From the NCBI GenBank assembly GCA_903850885.1, contig CAINMU010000037.1, positions 1,110-65,109 on the forward strand: a stretch of DNA of 64,000 bases. The letters run 5' to 3'. The DNA is from an uncultured Opitutia bacterium. GTDB taxonomy: Bacteria; Verrucomicrobiota; Verrucomicrobiia; Opitutales; UBA953. Under the pieces are notes generated by a model. The model was given only the letters and a program-made list of their open reading frames with translations. It had not been told where the DNA came from and made no database searches. The translations under genes were made by a program, and so were the position numbers. Shown piece by piece: positions 46,487 through 56,599 of this stretch (position 1 is the first letter of the stretch; each line of letters starts with the position of its first letter).

Positions 46487-47989
46487 ATGGCTGACCCGAC
46501 CGACAAGATGGAATCCATCATCAACCTGTGCAAGCGCCGCGGGTTCGTCTTTCCTTCCTCGGATATCTACGGAGGGTTTAATGGGTTTTTTGATTACGGC
46601 CCCTTGGGCGTCGAATTGAAGAATAATATCAAACAGGCCTGGTGGCAGGATTTCGTCCATCGCCGCGATGATATCGTAGGCTTGGATTCCAGTATCATCC
46701 ATCACCCGACGACTTGGAAGGCTTCCGGACATATCGAGAATTTCACCGACCCGTTAGTCGATTGTAAGGAGTCCAAGCTGCGTTACCGGGCGGACCAGCT
46801 TTTCTTCGCCCCCGTGCGCGTGGGCGGCGAGACGATCGGTTACGTTTCCGTTCTCGAAGATGACGGCATGCAGGCCAAGGCCGAAGAGATGGCCCATGAT
46901 ATGAAACGTAAGTTAGCCAAACAAGGGGCGCTCGAGCCTCTGGTGCTGAAGGATTATACCGAGGCTAAGCCGGAAGAGCACGCCCTCGTGCCTTCGCCGG
47001 CCACCGGTAAGCCGGGCTCACTCACGCCTCCCCGCTCGTTCAACATGATGTTCCAGACCTATGTGGGCGCGATGCAGGATGCTTCGGCCATCGCTTTCTT
47101 ACGTCCCGAAACCGCGCAAGGGATTTTCATCAATTTCAAGAATGTTGTCGATACGGGCCGGGTGAAGGTACCTTTCGGTATCGCCCAAATCGGGAAGGCT
47201 TTTCGCAACGAGATTAATCCACGCAATTTTATCTTCCGTTCGCGCGAGTTCGAACAGATGGAAATCGAATATTTCATCTCCCCGTCGGCGGACTGGGAAG
47301 TCGCCCACAAGGATTGGATCGAAGGCTGTCTGGCTTGGTTCGAGTCGATCGGGATTCCGCGGGCGAAGCTGTCCCTTTACCCGCACCCCAAGGAAAAGCT
47401 GGCTCACTATTCGAAGGGGACGACCGATATCATGTTCGAGTTTCCTTTTGGCGTCCAAGAGCTGCAAGGCGTCGCGGCTCGCGGCGATTTCGACTTAACC
47501 CAGCACAGCACGGTCTCGGGCCAGAAGCTTGATTGGTTCGATGAATTGGCTAAGTCCCGGTTTATTCCCCACGTGATCGAGCCGTCGGTCGGCGTCGACC
47601 GGGTCTTCTTGGCTTTGCTCACCACCGCCTATCATGAAGATGAGATCGAAGGTGAAAAGCGCGTGGTCTTGCGCCTGCCTCCGCGGGTCGCGCCTTTTAA
47701 GGCCGCGATTTTCCCGCTCGTTAAGAATAAGCCGGAGCTCGTCGAGCGGGCCGAAGCCTTGTATCGCCGGCTTAAGAAGCGGTTTAATGTCTTTTACGAT
47801 TCCGCCGGTGCCATCGGCCGTCGCTACCGTCGCCAAGACGAAATCGGCACGCCTTATGGCATCACCATCGATTTTGAGACGATTGAGAAAGACGCCGGCG
47901 TGACGGTCCGCGACCGCGATACGCTGGCTCAGGTGCGGATGACCGAAGACGAATTGGTCCGCTTCTTGGACGAGAAGGTTAACGGGTAA
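46487..47989 (+). CDS. glyQS: glycine--tRNA ligase (alpha2 homodimeric type)
   Basis: [59 protein letters not shown] and the C-terminal anticodon-binding domain. Confidence 0.93.
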   Translation: MADPTDKMESIINLCKRRGFVFPSSDIYGGFNGFFDYGPLGVELKNNIKQAWWQDFVHRRDDIVGLDSSIIHHPTTWKASGHIENFTDPLVDCKESKLRYRADQLFFAPVRVGGETIGYVSVLEDDGMQAKAEEMAHDMKRKLAKQGALEPLVLKDYTEAKPEEHALVPSPATGKPGSLTPPRSFNMMFQTYVGAMQDASAIAFLRPETAQGIFINFKNVVDTGRVKVPFGIAQIGKAFRNEINPRNFIFRSREFEQMEIEYFISPSADWEVAHKDWIEGCLAWFESIGIPRAKLSLYPHPKEKLAHYSKGTTDIMFEFPFGVQELQGVAARGDFDLTQHSTVSGQKLDWFDELAKSRFIPHVIEPSVGVDRVFLALLTTAYHEDEIEGEKRVVLRLPPRVAPFKAAIFPLVKNKPELVERAEALYRRLKKRFNVFYDSAGAIGRRYRRQDEIGTPYGITIDFETIEKDAGVTVRDRDTLAQVRMTEDELVRFLDEKVNG

Positions 47990-49667
47990 CCGTTAAGCTA
48001 TACTCCAGATCGCTCGCTAATCCTGCCAATCTCCGGCGGTCACACAGGCTGGCGGCGATGGCAAGGTTATGTAAGCCCTGCGGCAGGTGCGCCAAGTATT
48101 CCGGTCGACCCTTCTTATTTCCGAGGAATCCGTAGGCGCCGCAGGCCTGCAGGAGGCGTTGCGTCGCCGCTACGTGCAAGAGGTGCGTGAATTCGTCTCG
48201 CGAACCTTTCCAGTCGGAAACTTCGCGCGCATGATCCTCGATTTCGACCCGCCAGAGATCCATATCCTTGCGGGTAAGGTAAGGGTCATAGGCGAGCGAG
48301 GCGAAGTCATAAAAGGCGCAACCTTTGCGCATGCCCTGGAAATCGATAAGCCAAGCCGCGTCAGCGCGGACCAGGATGTTCTGCGATTGGAAGTCGCGAT
48401 GGATGGCGACCACCGGCTGGCCGAGCAGTTCCCGAGCCAGTGATTCCATTTCCGGGAGGACGCTCCGGTCGAATTTCTTTCCAGCCAGGACGTTATCTTG
48501 GAAGTATTGCCGCTCCCATTGATAAAGGGCCGGAGAGAAGGGCTCCATGAGCGTGATCCCCGCGTTGGTGGCGGCTTCGAGACCGAACTGGTGGATTTTA
48601 ACGACTTGTTCGATGGCAGAGCCAAAGGCTGACCAGGGGAAGCCCGGCCCCTGGGTCAGCGACCAAAGGTCGTCCGAGCCAAGGTCTTCAAGCAGAAGGA
48701 TTCCGCGATCATGGTCTTCGGCGATGACGGTCGGGACGTTGACGGCGGCTTGGCCGAGCAAGGCGTGCGCGATGCTACCGTAGATCAGATTTTCTGGGCG
48801 GCTGTCATCGTACACGCAAAGAATGGCTTCTTTGCCAGCCGCATTCGAGACGCGATGAAATTTACGTCCCGAACCACCCTTGAGCATTTTGCCTCCGTCT
48901 ACCAAGCTGTAACCGAGATGGGTGGCGGCTTCGGCCGGCGTCAACGCCCCGCGTACCAGCTTTTCAAGTTGGGCCTTGATGGTATTGTATTCTTCAATGG
49001 TCCCGAGGTCGTGCCATTGGGGAGATGAGTCCAAATATGCTTGGATGCTGTCAGGCTGGCCTGGAATCTTGCATAAAAATTGTTCGACGATGGATTCGAT
49101 GGCAGCCGGAACGCTTTGGGCAAAAGCTCGGGTGACGATGCAGATACCCGTGTATTGATAAGCGCGATCGGTTTTCCCCAGCCGATCGCGTAAGTCGGTG
49201 ACCCTGCCTTCGTCGGTCACGCGGACGTTACAGTTAGGCCCTTGCGCCCGCACGACCAGGGTGGCTTCAGCCCCATCTCCTTGGTGGTGGGCGTAGGCTT
49301 CGCTGACATTGCAGCTCGATAAGATATCTCCATTCCAGATGACCAAATCGCTCTCATCCTCAGCCAGAAGCGATGCGATGTTGGCCAAGCCTCCGCCTGT
49401 CTCGAGTAGCGTCGGTTCAAAGACGAATTTTACTTCGGCACCGCCATAGGTGTGGGCCGGAAAAGCAGATTTCCAGGCCGCCGGGCAATGGTGGGTGTTG
49501 ATGATGAACCTCCGCGTGCCCGCCGCGATGAGGCGATCCATCGCTTGCATTACCATGGGCTTGCCGGCGAGGGGGAGTAAAGGTTTGGGGCAATTTTCGG
49601 TGAGAGGCCGAAGGCGGGTGCCGAGTCCGGCGCCGAGGATGAAAGCCGTCCGGGGAAAGTTAGGCAT
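47979..49667 (-). CDS. fusion protein: N-terminal sugar-1-phosphate nucleotidyltransferase (MurU-like) plus C-terminal APH-family sugar kinase (AmgK-like)
   Basis: The N-terminus [31 protein letters not shown] is the NTP-transferase signature. The C-terminus [11 protein letters not shown]...WLIDFQG is the APH/choline-kinase catalytic loop. Confidence 0.75.
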   Translation of the reverse strand: MPNFPRTAFILGAGLGTRLRPLTENCPKPLLPLAGKPMVMQAMDRLIAAGTRRFIINTHHCPAAWKSAFPAHTYGGAEVKFVFEPTLLETGGGLANIASLLAEDESDLVIWNGDILSSCNVSEAYAHHQGDGAEATLVVRAQGPNCNVRVTDEGRVTDLRDRLGKTDRAYQYTGICIVTRAFAQSVPAAIESIVEQFLCKIPGQPDSIQAYLDSSPQWHDLGTIEEYNTIKAQLEKLVRGALTPAEAATHLGYSLVDGGKMLKGGSGRKFHRVSNAAGKEAILCVYDDSRPENLIYGSIAHALLGQAAVNVPTVIAEDHDRGILLLEDLGSDDLWSLTQGPGFPWSAFGSAIEQVVKIHQFGLEAATNAGITLMEPFSPALYQWERQYFQDNVLAGKKFDRSVLPEMESLARELLGQPVVAIHRDFQSQNILVRADAAWLIDFQGMRKGCAFYDFASLAYDPYLTRKDMDLWRVEIEDHAREVSDWKGSRDEFTHLLHVAATQRLLQACGAYGFLGNKKGRPEYLAHLPQGLHNLAIAASLCDRRRLAGLASDLEYSLTVTR

Positions 49668-50136
49668 GAGCGGTTAGGTTGCAGGATGGGCAGATGCCGT
49701 AGATTTCCATGATATGAGTAAGGTCGGAGAAGCCGCTGCTGCGAGCCGCGCTTTCAAGACGCGAGGTGTCACAGCCCGGAAGTCGATCGATGCGGCCACA
49801 ACGCCGGCAGATGATATGATGATGGTGGTGGCCCGCCGCGATGAGGGCATAAAGGCTGCGACCTCTTTCCAGGGGGTGCCGTTGGACGATACCCGCCTCA
49901 TCGAGGGCTTCGAGGCCACGGTAGACCGTGACAAGGTCGAGGGCGCCATCGCCCGCCGAAGAGTGGATTTCTTCAGCGCTGAGAGGGCCCTTGGCTTCAG
50001 CGAGGACCTTAAGCATGGCCAGACGAGGGGTCGTCACACGAAGGGATTTCTCCTTCATGCGGCCGACGGCTGCTTCGATGCGGGTATGGGGGCCTTCTCC
50101 GCAGCAGCCATCTTCTTGGCGGTGACCTTGGGTCAT
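49660..50136 (-). CDS. Fur-family metalloregulator (Fur/Zur/PerR type)
   Basis: The wHTH region ([25 protein letters not shown]), the [12 protein letters not shown] metal site and the C-terminal CPSC. A later start at MKEKSL (50058) is possible. The stop overlaps the downstream start by 8 nt. Confidence 0.85.
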   Translation of the reverse strand: MTQGHRQEDGCCGEGPHTRIEAAVGRMKEKSLRVTTPRLAMLKVLAEAKGPLSAEEIHSSAGDGALDLVTVYRGLEALDEAGIVQRHPLERGRSLYALIAAGHHHHHIICRRCGRIDRLPGCDTSRLESAARSSGFSDLTHIMEIYGICPSCNLTAHA

Positions 50137-50224
50137 GGGCTACAGGCTTGGGGGCGTTTATGACGTGGCAACACCGAATGGCCACTTGCCTCCCGTCCGG
50201 GTCTGGTTTGGCTGTCTTACGTCC

Positions 50225-51352
50225 ATGTCCGACTGTTCTGCCAAGCCTTCGGCCCCACGCCGTGAACTCTGCCCAGTGGCCTCCGCCGATTTTAAGTCGG
50301 CCGATACCTTTCCTTTGGAGCTGGGGGGTGAATTGCCCTCCCTCAACCTTCGTTACGAAACCTACGGGACTTTGCTGCCCGATAAATCCAATGCGATCTT
50401 AGTGCCGCATGCCCTGAGCGGGGATCATCACGTGGCGGGCCGTTATCTTCCGGATGACACGAAGCCCGGATGGTGGGATTGTTTTGTCGGCCCAGGCAAA
50501 GCCATCGATACCGACCGATTTTTCGTCATCGGCATTAACTGCCTCGGTGGTTGTCAGGGTTCGACCGGGCCGATTTCCATCGATCCGCGCACGGGTAAGG
50601 CCTACGGCGGTTTTTTCCCGGAAATCACCTTGGGCGATATCGTCCGAGCTCAACGCTTGGTCATCCAGCAGCTTGGCATCAAGAAACTACATGCAGTGGT
50701 CGGCGGTTCAATGGGCGGCATGCAGGCGTTAATCTGGTGCGCAGACTATCCCGCCGAGGTGGGTCGCATCGCCGTGTTGGCGGCAGGCTTAAGTCAATCG
50801 CCGATGGCGATAGCCTTGAACGCGGTTTCGCGTGCCTGCGTGGAGACGGATCCGAATTATCGCGGCGGCCATTACGCCCCCGGGGAAGGGCCCGTCTCAG
50901 GTCTGGCGGTGGGCCGGATGCTCGCGCATATCAGTTACCTTTCTTCCGCTTCTTTTGAGCAGAAATTCGGCCGGGCCCGCGTGCTCGGCGCCCAGCCCAA
51001 TAATCCGGTCTTCTGGCAGGTCGAAAGCTACCTCGAACATCAAGGGCAGTCTTTCGTGAAGCGCTTTGATGCCAATAGTTGGCTACGGATTACCCGGGCG
51101 GTCGATCGCTTTGATATGACGGCCCGGGCCGCTGCGGGCGCGCTGTTCTGCGCCCACGGTCCGGACGTGCTCGCTATCGGTTTCTCGAGCGATTGGCTCT
51201 ATCCCACCAGCGAACTGCGGATGCTTCTCGCCGCCGCGACCGCCGTCGGCGTCAACGCGGCTTATCATGAGGTGATCACGGATGCCGGCCACGATGGCTT
51301 CTTGCTTCCCGATACCGGGTTGACCGTTCGTCTCCACGCCTTCCTGGGTTAA
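50225..51352 (+). CDS. metX: homoserine O-acetyltransferase
   Basis: LRYETYGTLLPDKSNAILVPHALSGDHHVAG, the nucleophile elbow GGSMGGMQAL, and the C-terminal GHDGFL. The ATG at 50225 is the preferred start. Confidence 0.9.
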   Translation: MSDCSAKPSAPRRELCPVASADFKSADTFPLELGGELPSLNLRYETYGTLLPDKSNAILVPHALSGDHHVAGRYLPDDTKPGWWDCFVGPGKAIDTDRFFVIGINCLGGCQGSTGPISIDPRTGKAYGGFFPEITLGDIVRAQRLVIQQLGIKKLHAVVGGSMGGMQALIWCADYPAEVGRIAVLAAGLSQSPMAIALNAVSRACVETDPNYRGGHYAPGEGPVSGLAVGRMLAHISYLSSASFEQKFGRARVLGAQPNNPVFWQVESYLEHQGQSFVKRFDANSWLRITRAVDRFDMTARAAAGALFCAHGPDVLAIGFSSDWLYPTSELRMLLAAATAVGVNAAYHEVITDAGHDGFLLPDTGLTVRLHAFLG

Positions 51353-52798
51353 TCAAAGCCAAGGGGCCAGGACCTTGGAGATATTTTCCACCGTGCGCCC
51401 CAGCCACGTCCGGCTTTGGCGATAAAGGTCTTCCGAGTAATGGGACGATTCGACCTCCCATGAATTAATGAGGGCATTGACGGTCTCAATCGCCGCTGGG
51501 TCACGGACCACGGCGCCGATTTCATAATTCAAGAATAGCGAGCGCATGTCGAGGTTGGCTGAACCGACGACCAGGTGTGCGTCATCGACGATGACAAGTT
51601 TTGCGTGTAAGACATCCGGCTTAAAAAATAAAATATCAGCCCCCGCGTCGCGTAACGTCCGCAGGTACCAACGTCGGGCGAGATCGAGCAGCCGATGGTC
51701 TGATCGGCGAGGCACCATGATCCGCACGTGGCGGCCGGCTTGGGCGGCGGTGACGAGCAGGGAGAAGAGCACGCGGTCCGGCACGAAGTAAGGCGTGACG
51801 ATAGTGATCGAACGCTTACAGTTCGAAAATAACTGGACGTAGGCATCCCAAAGCGGATCCTGTTCGCAATCAGGTCCCGAGGCGATGATGGCGACCCGGG
51901 CTTGGCCGACGGGGCGTGGTCGTTCGCGCAGCTGGGTCGCAAAATTCATCGGAGGTTCGTCCGTCGCTTGGCACCAATCAGCGATAAAGATACGTTCGAT
52001 CGAAGCGGCCGTCGGGCCTTCGATGCTGAATGAGCAATCGCGGAAGCGTCGATTCGAAGGGGATTCCCCCATGTACTTCAGGCCGAGGTTCTGTCCGCCG
52101 ATGATGGCGGTCTTGCCGTCAAAAACCGCAATCTTGCGATGGTTGCGCCAATTCGCCGACCCTTTGCCGCGCATGGGTAGCGCGGGGTTAAAGCGGGCGA
52201 TTTGTCCGCCGGCGCGATGGAGTGGCCGACAGAGTGTCAGCGGTATGCCCCAACTTCCGATGGCGTCGACCAAGATGCGCACTTCGACGCCAGCCTTGGC
52301 GCGGGCGGTGAGGAGGCTCACGATTTCGCGCCCGACGGCGTCGTTGCTCAGGATATAAGTCGAAATATAAATTCGCTTTTGAGCGCCGCGAATCTGAGTC
52401 CGTAAGGCTTCAAGGGTGTCGCGTCCATGGCGATCGCCGAGGAGGCGGAAGTTATTGCCGCCGAAATCTGGCTCTTCGCTCAGCCGCCAAGCCACCCGGT
52501 TCACTTCTTTTTTTGCATCCGCCAGCGACGAATGCTTCCTGCCGCCAAAGAGGTAGATGATCAATGCGGTGAGCAGTGGGAAGAAGTATGCCAGCGGCCC
52601 CCAAAGAAGCAGATAGGCTGCGGAGACGCGGGCCCGCATCATACGCAGTAACACGTAGACTTGGCAGCCAGTGCGCAGCGCTGTCATCGCTCCGGCGGAA
52701 ATGAGCTGGGTCCATTCCGCGATCAGTACGACCACAGTCGTTAGCAGCGCCAGCGTCGAGCTGCGAGTCAGTCGACCGTATCCCTGGAAAGGAACCAT
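51353..52798 (-). CDS. cls: cardiolipin synthase (PLD superfamily)
   Basis: N-terminal TM helices and two HKD motifs (HRKIAVFDGKTAIIGGQN and HAKLVIVDDAHLVVGSAN). Confidence 0.9.
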   Translation of the reverse strand: MVPFQGYGRLTRSSTLALLTTVVVLIAEWTQLISAGAMTALRTGCQVYVLLRMMRARVSAAYLLLWGPLAYFFPLLTALIIYLFGGRKHSSLADAKKEVNRVAWRLSEEPDFGGNNFRLLGDRHGRDTLEALRTQIRGAQKRIYISTYILSNDAVGREIVSLLTARAKAGVEVRILVDAIGSWGIPLTLCRPLHRAGGQIARFNPALPMRGKGSANWRNHRKIAVFDGKTAIIGGQNLGLKYMGESPSNRRFRDCSFSIEGPTAASIERIFIADWCQATDEPPMNFATQLRERPRPVGQARVAIIASGPDCEQDPLWDAYVQLFSNCKRSITIVTPYFVPDRVLFSLLVTAAQAGRHVRIMVPRRSDHRLLDLARRWYLRTLRDAGADILFFKPDVLHAKLVIVDDAHLVVGSANLDMRSLFLNYEIGAVVRDPAAIETVNALINSWEVESSHYSEDLYRQSRTWLGRTVENISKVLAPWL

Positions 52799-52832
52799 GC
52801 CTGCACGATAGGCGGTAAGTGGCCTATGGGTA

Positions 52833-52861
52833 CAAAAAAAGACCCCGGTTACCCGGGGTCT
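52833..52861 (-). terminator. Rho-independent terminator of rpsA
   Basis: Stem agaccccgg / ccggggtct with loop ttac, followed on the minus strand by TTTTTTTGTA. It lies 24 nt after the rpsA stop. Confidence 0.8.
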
Positions 52862-52884
52862 GATTCGTTGGACTAAGAAGGTTC

Positions 52885-54603
52885 TTAGTTGCCGGCCTTG
52901 TCGAGAAGATCGCCGAGACTGTTGAAATCTCCGCTGCTCGAACCGCCACCCACCGAGCCACCCGCCGAAGGCGCCGGGGCGCCACCCGTTGATGGACCCT
53001 TGATGCGTTCGTAGCTGGAGATTTCGGCCTGGAGACGTTCAGCGTCGTAGCTGGCGGCCTTAATCGAAAGACCGATGCGACGGTCTTCTTTGTCGATTTT
53101 GATGACGCGAGCCGTGACTTCTTGACCGACCTTGACGATGTCCTTGACGTTTTCAACGCGCTGTTCGGCGAGTTGGGAGACGTGGACAAGGCCGTCGATT
53201 TCGTCGGAGAGTTCGATGAAGGCACCGAAGTTCGCCACCTTGGAGACCTTGCCGGTGACGAGGTCGCCGATGCGGAACTTGCGGTCGATTTCGCTCCATG
53301 GATCGGTCTGGGTCTGTTTGACGCCCAGGGAGATGCGCTGTTGATCGACATCGACATCGAGCACGATTGCTTCGACGTCGTCGCCTTTCTTCATGACTTC
53401 CGCCGGGTTGTTGATGCGGCGAGTCCAGCTCATGTCGGAAACGTGCACCATGCCATCGATGCCATCTTCGAGTTCGACGAAGGCGCCGTAGTTGGTGAGG
53501 TTGCGCACCTTGCCGCGGACGCGAGCGCCCACAGGGTAGTTGTGACGAACCTTTTCCCAAGGATTGGTTTCGAGCTGGCGGATGCCGAGCGAGATCTTCT
53601 GCTCTTCCTTGTTAACGTTAAGGATGACGGCATCCACTTCCTGGCCGACCTTAAGGATGTCGGAAGGCTTCTGGACGCGCTTGGTCCAAGAGAGTTCCGA
53701 GACGTGGACGAGACCTTCGACGCCGCCTTCGATTTCGACGAAGGCACCATAAGCGACGAGATTGACGACCTTGCCGTGGACTTTCTGACCCACAGGGTAA
53801 CGCTTCTCGATACCTTCCCAAGGATTGGCTTGGGTCTGCTTGAGGCCGAGGGAGACGCGTTCGCGCTCGCGGTCGACTTCCACCACCATGACGGTGATTT
53901 CTTCGCCCACTTTGACGACTTCGCTCGGGTGGCCGATGCGGCCCCAGCTCATGTCGGTCACGTGCAGCAAACCGTCGAGACCATCGAGGTCCACAAAGGC
54001 GCCGTAATCGGTGATGTTCTTGACCACGCCACGACGGATCGTGCCGGGTTTGACTTCTTCGAGAAGCTTGCGACGGCTTTCGCCGCGTTGTTCTTCGATG
54101 AGTTCGCGACGGGAGACGACGAGGTTCTTCTTATCTTTGTTAATCTTGATAATCTTGAAGTCGAAGGTCTGGCCCACGAACTGTTCGAGATTCTTCGGAG
54201 GATTAACGTCGATCTGGGACGACGGCATGAAGGCGTCGACACCCACGGAGACGATGAGTCCGCCTTTGACGATGGATTTGACGCGGCCTTGGACGATGGA
54301 GCCTTCTTGGCAATTAGCCTCGATGCTTTCCCACTTACGAATTTGTTGGGCGCGATCGTAAGAGACGGAAGGGGTGCCATCCTTGTTTTCAAGCTTTTCG
54401 AGGTAGACCTCGATCTGCATGCCGACTTGGACTTCGGCCATATCAGGGAATTCGCCCTGAGGGATGAAGCCTTCGGACTTACCATTGATATCGACGACGA
54501 CGAATTTGTCTTCGCGGATTTCGGTCACGGTAGCGTGAATGACCGAGTGTGCTTTGAGCGCGCCGAAATTAGAATCGGCGAGCAGTTTTTCCATGATGCT
54601 CAT
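52885..54603 (-). CDS. rpsA: 30S ribosomal protein S1
   Basis: Six S1/OB repeats, for example G.VK.I...GAFV.L...DGL.H.S., across a 572-aa acidic protein. Confidence 0.95.
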   Translation of the reverse strand: MSIMEKLLADSNFGALKAHSVIHATVTEIREDKFVVVDINGKSEGFIPQGEFPDMAEVQVGMQIEVYLEKLENKDGTPSVSYDRAQQIRKWESIEANCQEGSIVQGRVKSIVKGGLIVSVGVDAFMPSSQIDVNPPKNLEQFVGQTFDFKIIKINKDKKNLVVSRRELIEEQRGESRRKLLEEVKPGTIRRGVVKNITDYGAFVDLDGLDGLLHVTDMSWGRIGHPSEVVKVGEEITVMVVEVDRERERVSLGLKQTQANPWEGIEKRYPVGQKVHGKVVNLVAYGAFVEIEGGVEGLVHVSELSWTKRVQKPSDILKVGQEVDAVILNVNKEEQKISLGIRQLETNPWEKVRHNYPVGARVRGKVRNLTNYGAFVELEDGIDGMVHVSDMSWTRRINNPAEVMKKGDDVEAIVLDVDVDQQRISLGVKQTQTDPWSEIDRKFRIGDLVTGKVSKVANFGAFIELSDEIDGLVHVSQLAEQRVENVKDIVKVGQEVTARVIKIDKEDRRIGLSIKAASYDAERLQAEISSYERIKGPSTGGAPAPSAGGSVGGGSSSGDFNSLGDLLDKAGN

Positions 54604-54841
54604 TGTGTTTTGACTGTTTCTCCTGGTCGTCGCGAGCGACGGTTCCAGGGTTTGGTTGTGGTTGTTGTTTTCCCTAAGGAGAGTCCGCTGACAGGTGTCA
54701 GAGGGCCGAAAGGAAGATTGAACGAACCGTCCGACAGCGGGGCTGGCAAGCCGATTATAGGCAGAAATTGAACTGGAAAGGCTTTCGACTGCAGCCAGCC
54801 TCGGCCGCTTTACTGATTTCGGCTATTTTAGGCCTAAAAGA

Positions 54842-55822
54842 CTACTGTTTGCTCTGCAGCCGTTGCGCGTAGTCGCTAATCCCGGCCGCCACCGCTTCAG
54901 CGATTTTTTGACGATAGGCCGGATTGGCGATCTGTGCCCCTTCGCTTTTGCTCGAAATGAACCCCCCTTCGACCAGCACGCCAGGGCAATTGAGCGTCCG
55001 GAGGACGGCGAAACGAGCCCGCCGAACTCCCCGGTCTTCGGCGCCAGTGCCGGCGATGATGCGGCGCTGGATACTCCAGGCCAACTGAAGGTTAAAGGCG
55101 TCGAAACGATTGCCGGCCTCTATGGAAGTGTCTGCTTTGCCTCGGGCGGCGTTGGTCGAACGTTGGCCGGCCGGGCTGAGGCAATAGGTCTCGATGCCGG
55201 AACTGTTTGAATCTCCTTTGGTCCCGCCGTTGTAATGAAGGCTCACGAAAAGATCGGCTTTATTTTTGATGGCGATGGGCGCACGCTGATCAAGTTCGAT
55301 CGCAATGTCTTTTTCGCGGGTCAAGATGACTTCAAAGCCGAGCTTATCGAGAATGAGTTTTAGGCGGATGGCGGTATCGAGCGTCGCGGCTTTTTCATTG
55401 TAGTTGAGCGTAGTGTTCTGTTTGCCAGGGTCTTTGCCTCCGTGTCCAGGGTCGATAATGATCCGCTTCGTGCCGGGCATCGGGGTGGGTAGCTTCCAAT
55501 AAAGCGGCACCAGGATTTTTTCGTAATCCAGTCGCGAGACGGTGAGTTTGCCGTGCGCCAGACCGACGGTTTCGTTCAGGTATAACTTAATGCCGTCGAC
55601 CCAAAGGTAATCGCGGTTCCGCTCGGCGTAGAGCCCGATGCCGCCTTTGGCCCCGTGGCGCTCGGCTTCGGCGGGGTCGCCTTTTTTTTGTTCTAATTCG
55701 TGAAGACCAAGTTGTCGCAAGGAATCGCCGAGATAAATGTCACCACTCGCCGCAAATGTCCCTCCGGCGCAAAAGCACAAGAGGGTAGCGCTGCTCAATA
55801 GTTTGGCGACCAGGTGTCGCAC
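54842..55822 (-). CDS. N-acetylmuramoyl-L-alanine amidase (Amidase_3 family) with signal peptide
   Basis: IIIDPGHGGKDPG, ADLFVSLHYNG and GIETYC motifs. I prefer the GTG at 55822 (VRHLVAKLLSSATLLCFCAGG), 4 nt after the infC stop. The track's extension overlaps infC. Confidence 0.8.
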   Translation of the reverse strand: MRHLVAKLLSSATLLCFCAGGTFAASGDIYLGDSLRQLGLHELEQKKGDPAEAERHGAKGGIGLYAERNRDYLWVDGIKLYLNETVGLAHGKLTVSRLDYEKILVPLYWKLPTPMPGTKRIIIDPGHGGKDPGKQNTTLNYNEKAATLDTAIRLKLILDKLGFEVILTREKDIAIELDQRAPIAIKNKADLFVSLHYNGGTKGDSNSSGIETYCLSPAGQRSTNAARGKADTSIEAGNRFDAFNLQLAWSIQRRIIAGTGAEDRGVRRARFAVLRTLNCPGVLVEGGFISSKSEGAQIANPAYRQKIAEAVAAGISDYAQRLQSKQ

Positions 55823-55826
55823 AAAA

Positions 55827-56498
55827 TTATTCTGCGTCGTTCTCGCCGTTATCCACCGAGGAGTCATCTTCGCCGTCTTCGTCTCCGGGCATTTCATTGT
55901 GCACGAGTTTACGCTTGTTCTGTTGGACGGGCGTGAGGCCGACGACGATAGCCCGGCCGCTGCGCTTGGGCTCGTTGTCCCGGGTGCAGATGTGCGAAAG
56001 CTCGTTGATGGCCCGGGTGATCGTATCAACGCCGATTTCCGGATGCTCAAGCTCCCGATAACGATACTGTAAAAGGAGTTTAACCTTATGGCCGTGGTAG
56101 AGGAAGTTTTCGGCCCGGCGCACCTTGATCATCAGGTCATGGACGTCGATACGTGGACGGAGTTTTACTTCCTTCACCTTCGTCGTGGCCTTCTGGTGCT
56201 TATGTTTCTTGGCCTCTTCGTAAAGGTACTTGCCGTACTCCATCAGTTTGCAGACCGGTGGCACCGCGGTGGCCGCGATTTCAATAAGGTCGACGCCGAG
56301 TTCGCGGGCGAGCTCGATGGCCCGTGCCGTCTGCATGACGCCCAGCATATCACCTTTCGGTGAAATCACGCGGACTTCAGTCGCACGGATGCGATCGTTG
56401 CGCTTAGGGCCTTTGTCCTCTTTGCGGAAGTTTCCGCGGGGTGGGGCCGACTTATTAGGTTTGGGCCGGGGACTGTTAGGACGATAGGGCGTAGCCAT
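55827..56498 (-). CDS. infC: translation initiation factor IF-3, with an acidic C-terminal tail
   Basis: RIRATEVRVISPKGDMLGVMQTARAIELARELGVDLIEIAATAVPPVCKLMEYGKY is canonical IF3. The C-terminus has an extra tail (PGDEDGEDDSSVDNGENDAE). Confidence 0.9.
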   Translation of the reverse strand: MATPYRPNSPRPKPNKSAPPRGNFRKEDKGPKRNDRIRATEVRVISPKGDMLGVMQTARAIELARELGVDLIEIAATAVPPVCKLMEYGKYLYEEAKKHKHQKATTKVKEVKLRPRIDVHDLMIKVRRAENFLYHGHKVKLLLQYRYRELEHPEIGVDTITRAINELSHICTRDNEPKRSGRAIVVGLTPVQQNKRKLVHNEMPGDEDGEDDSSVDNGENDAE

Positions 56499-56599
56499 TA
56501 GGTAACTTCAGATGTGTCTCGCCTATAAACTCTTTGTTTCACGGCCTTGGTTCAAGCACCGATTATCACTAGGGCTTTTCCCTGGGCCCATGTGGGATT

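Noticed and set aside
53122-54771. A 549-aa ORF antisense to almost the whole of rpsA, extending past its start.
   Set aside because: It is codon-aligned with rpsA on the opposite strand. Both occupy triplets starting at positions = 1 mod 3. Its stops would therefore correspond to TTA, CTA or TCA codons in rpsA, which a GC-rich, highly expressed gene avoids. The product is repetitive low-complexity D/F/G/A/H sequence that mirrors the S1 repeats. It is a shadow ORF.
56540-56560. A GGTTCAAGC motif in the infC upstream region resembles a tRNA T-arm.
   Set aside because: I could not fold an acceptor stem or D/anticodon arms from the flanking 80 nt or so, and the 101-nt gap is simply the infC leader. 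A tRNAscan-SE run would confirm.
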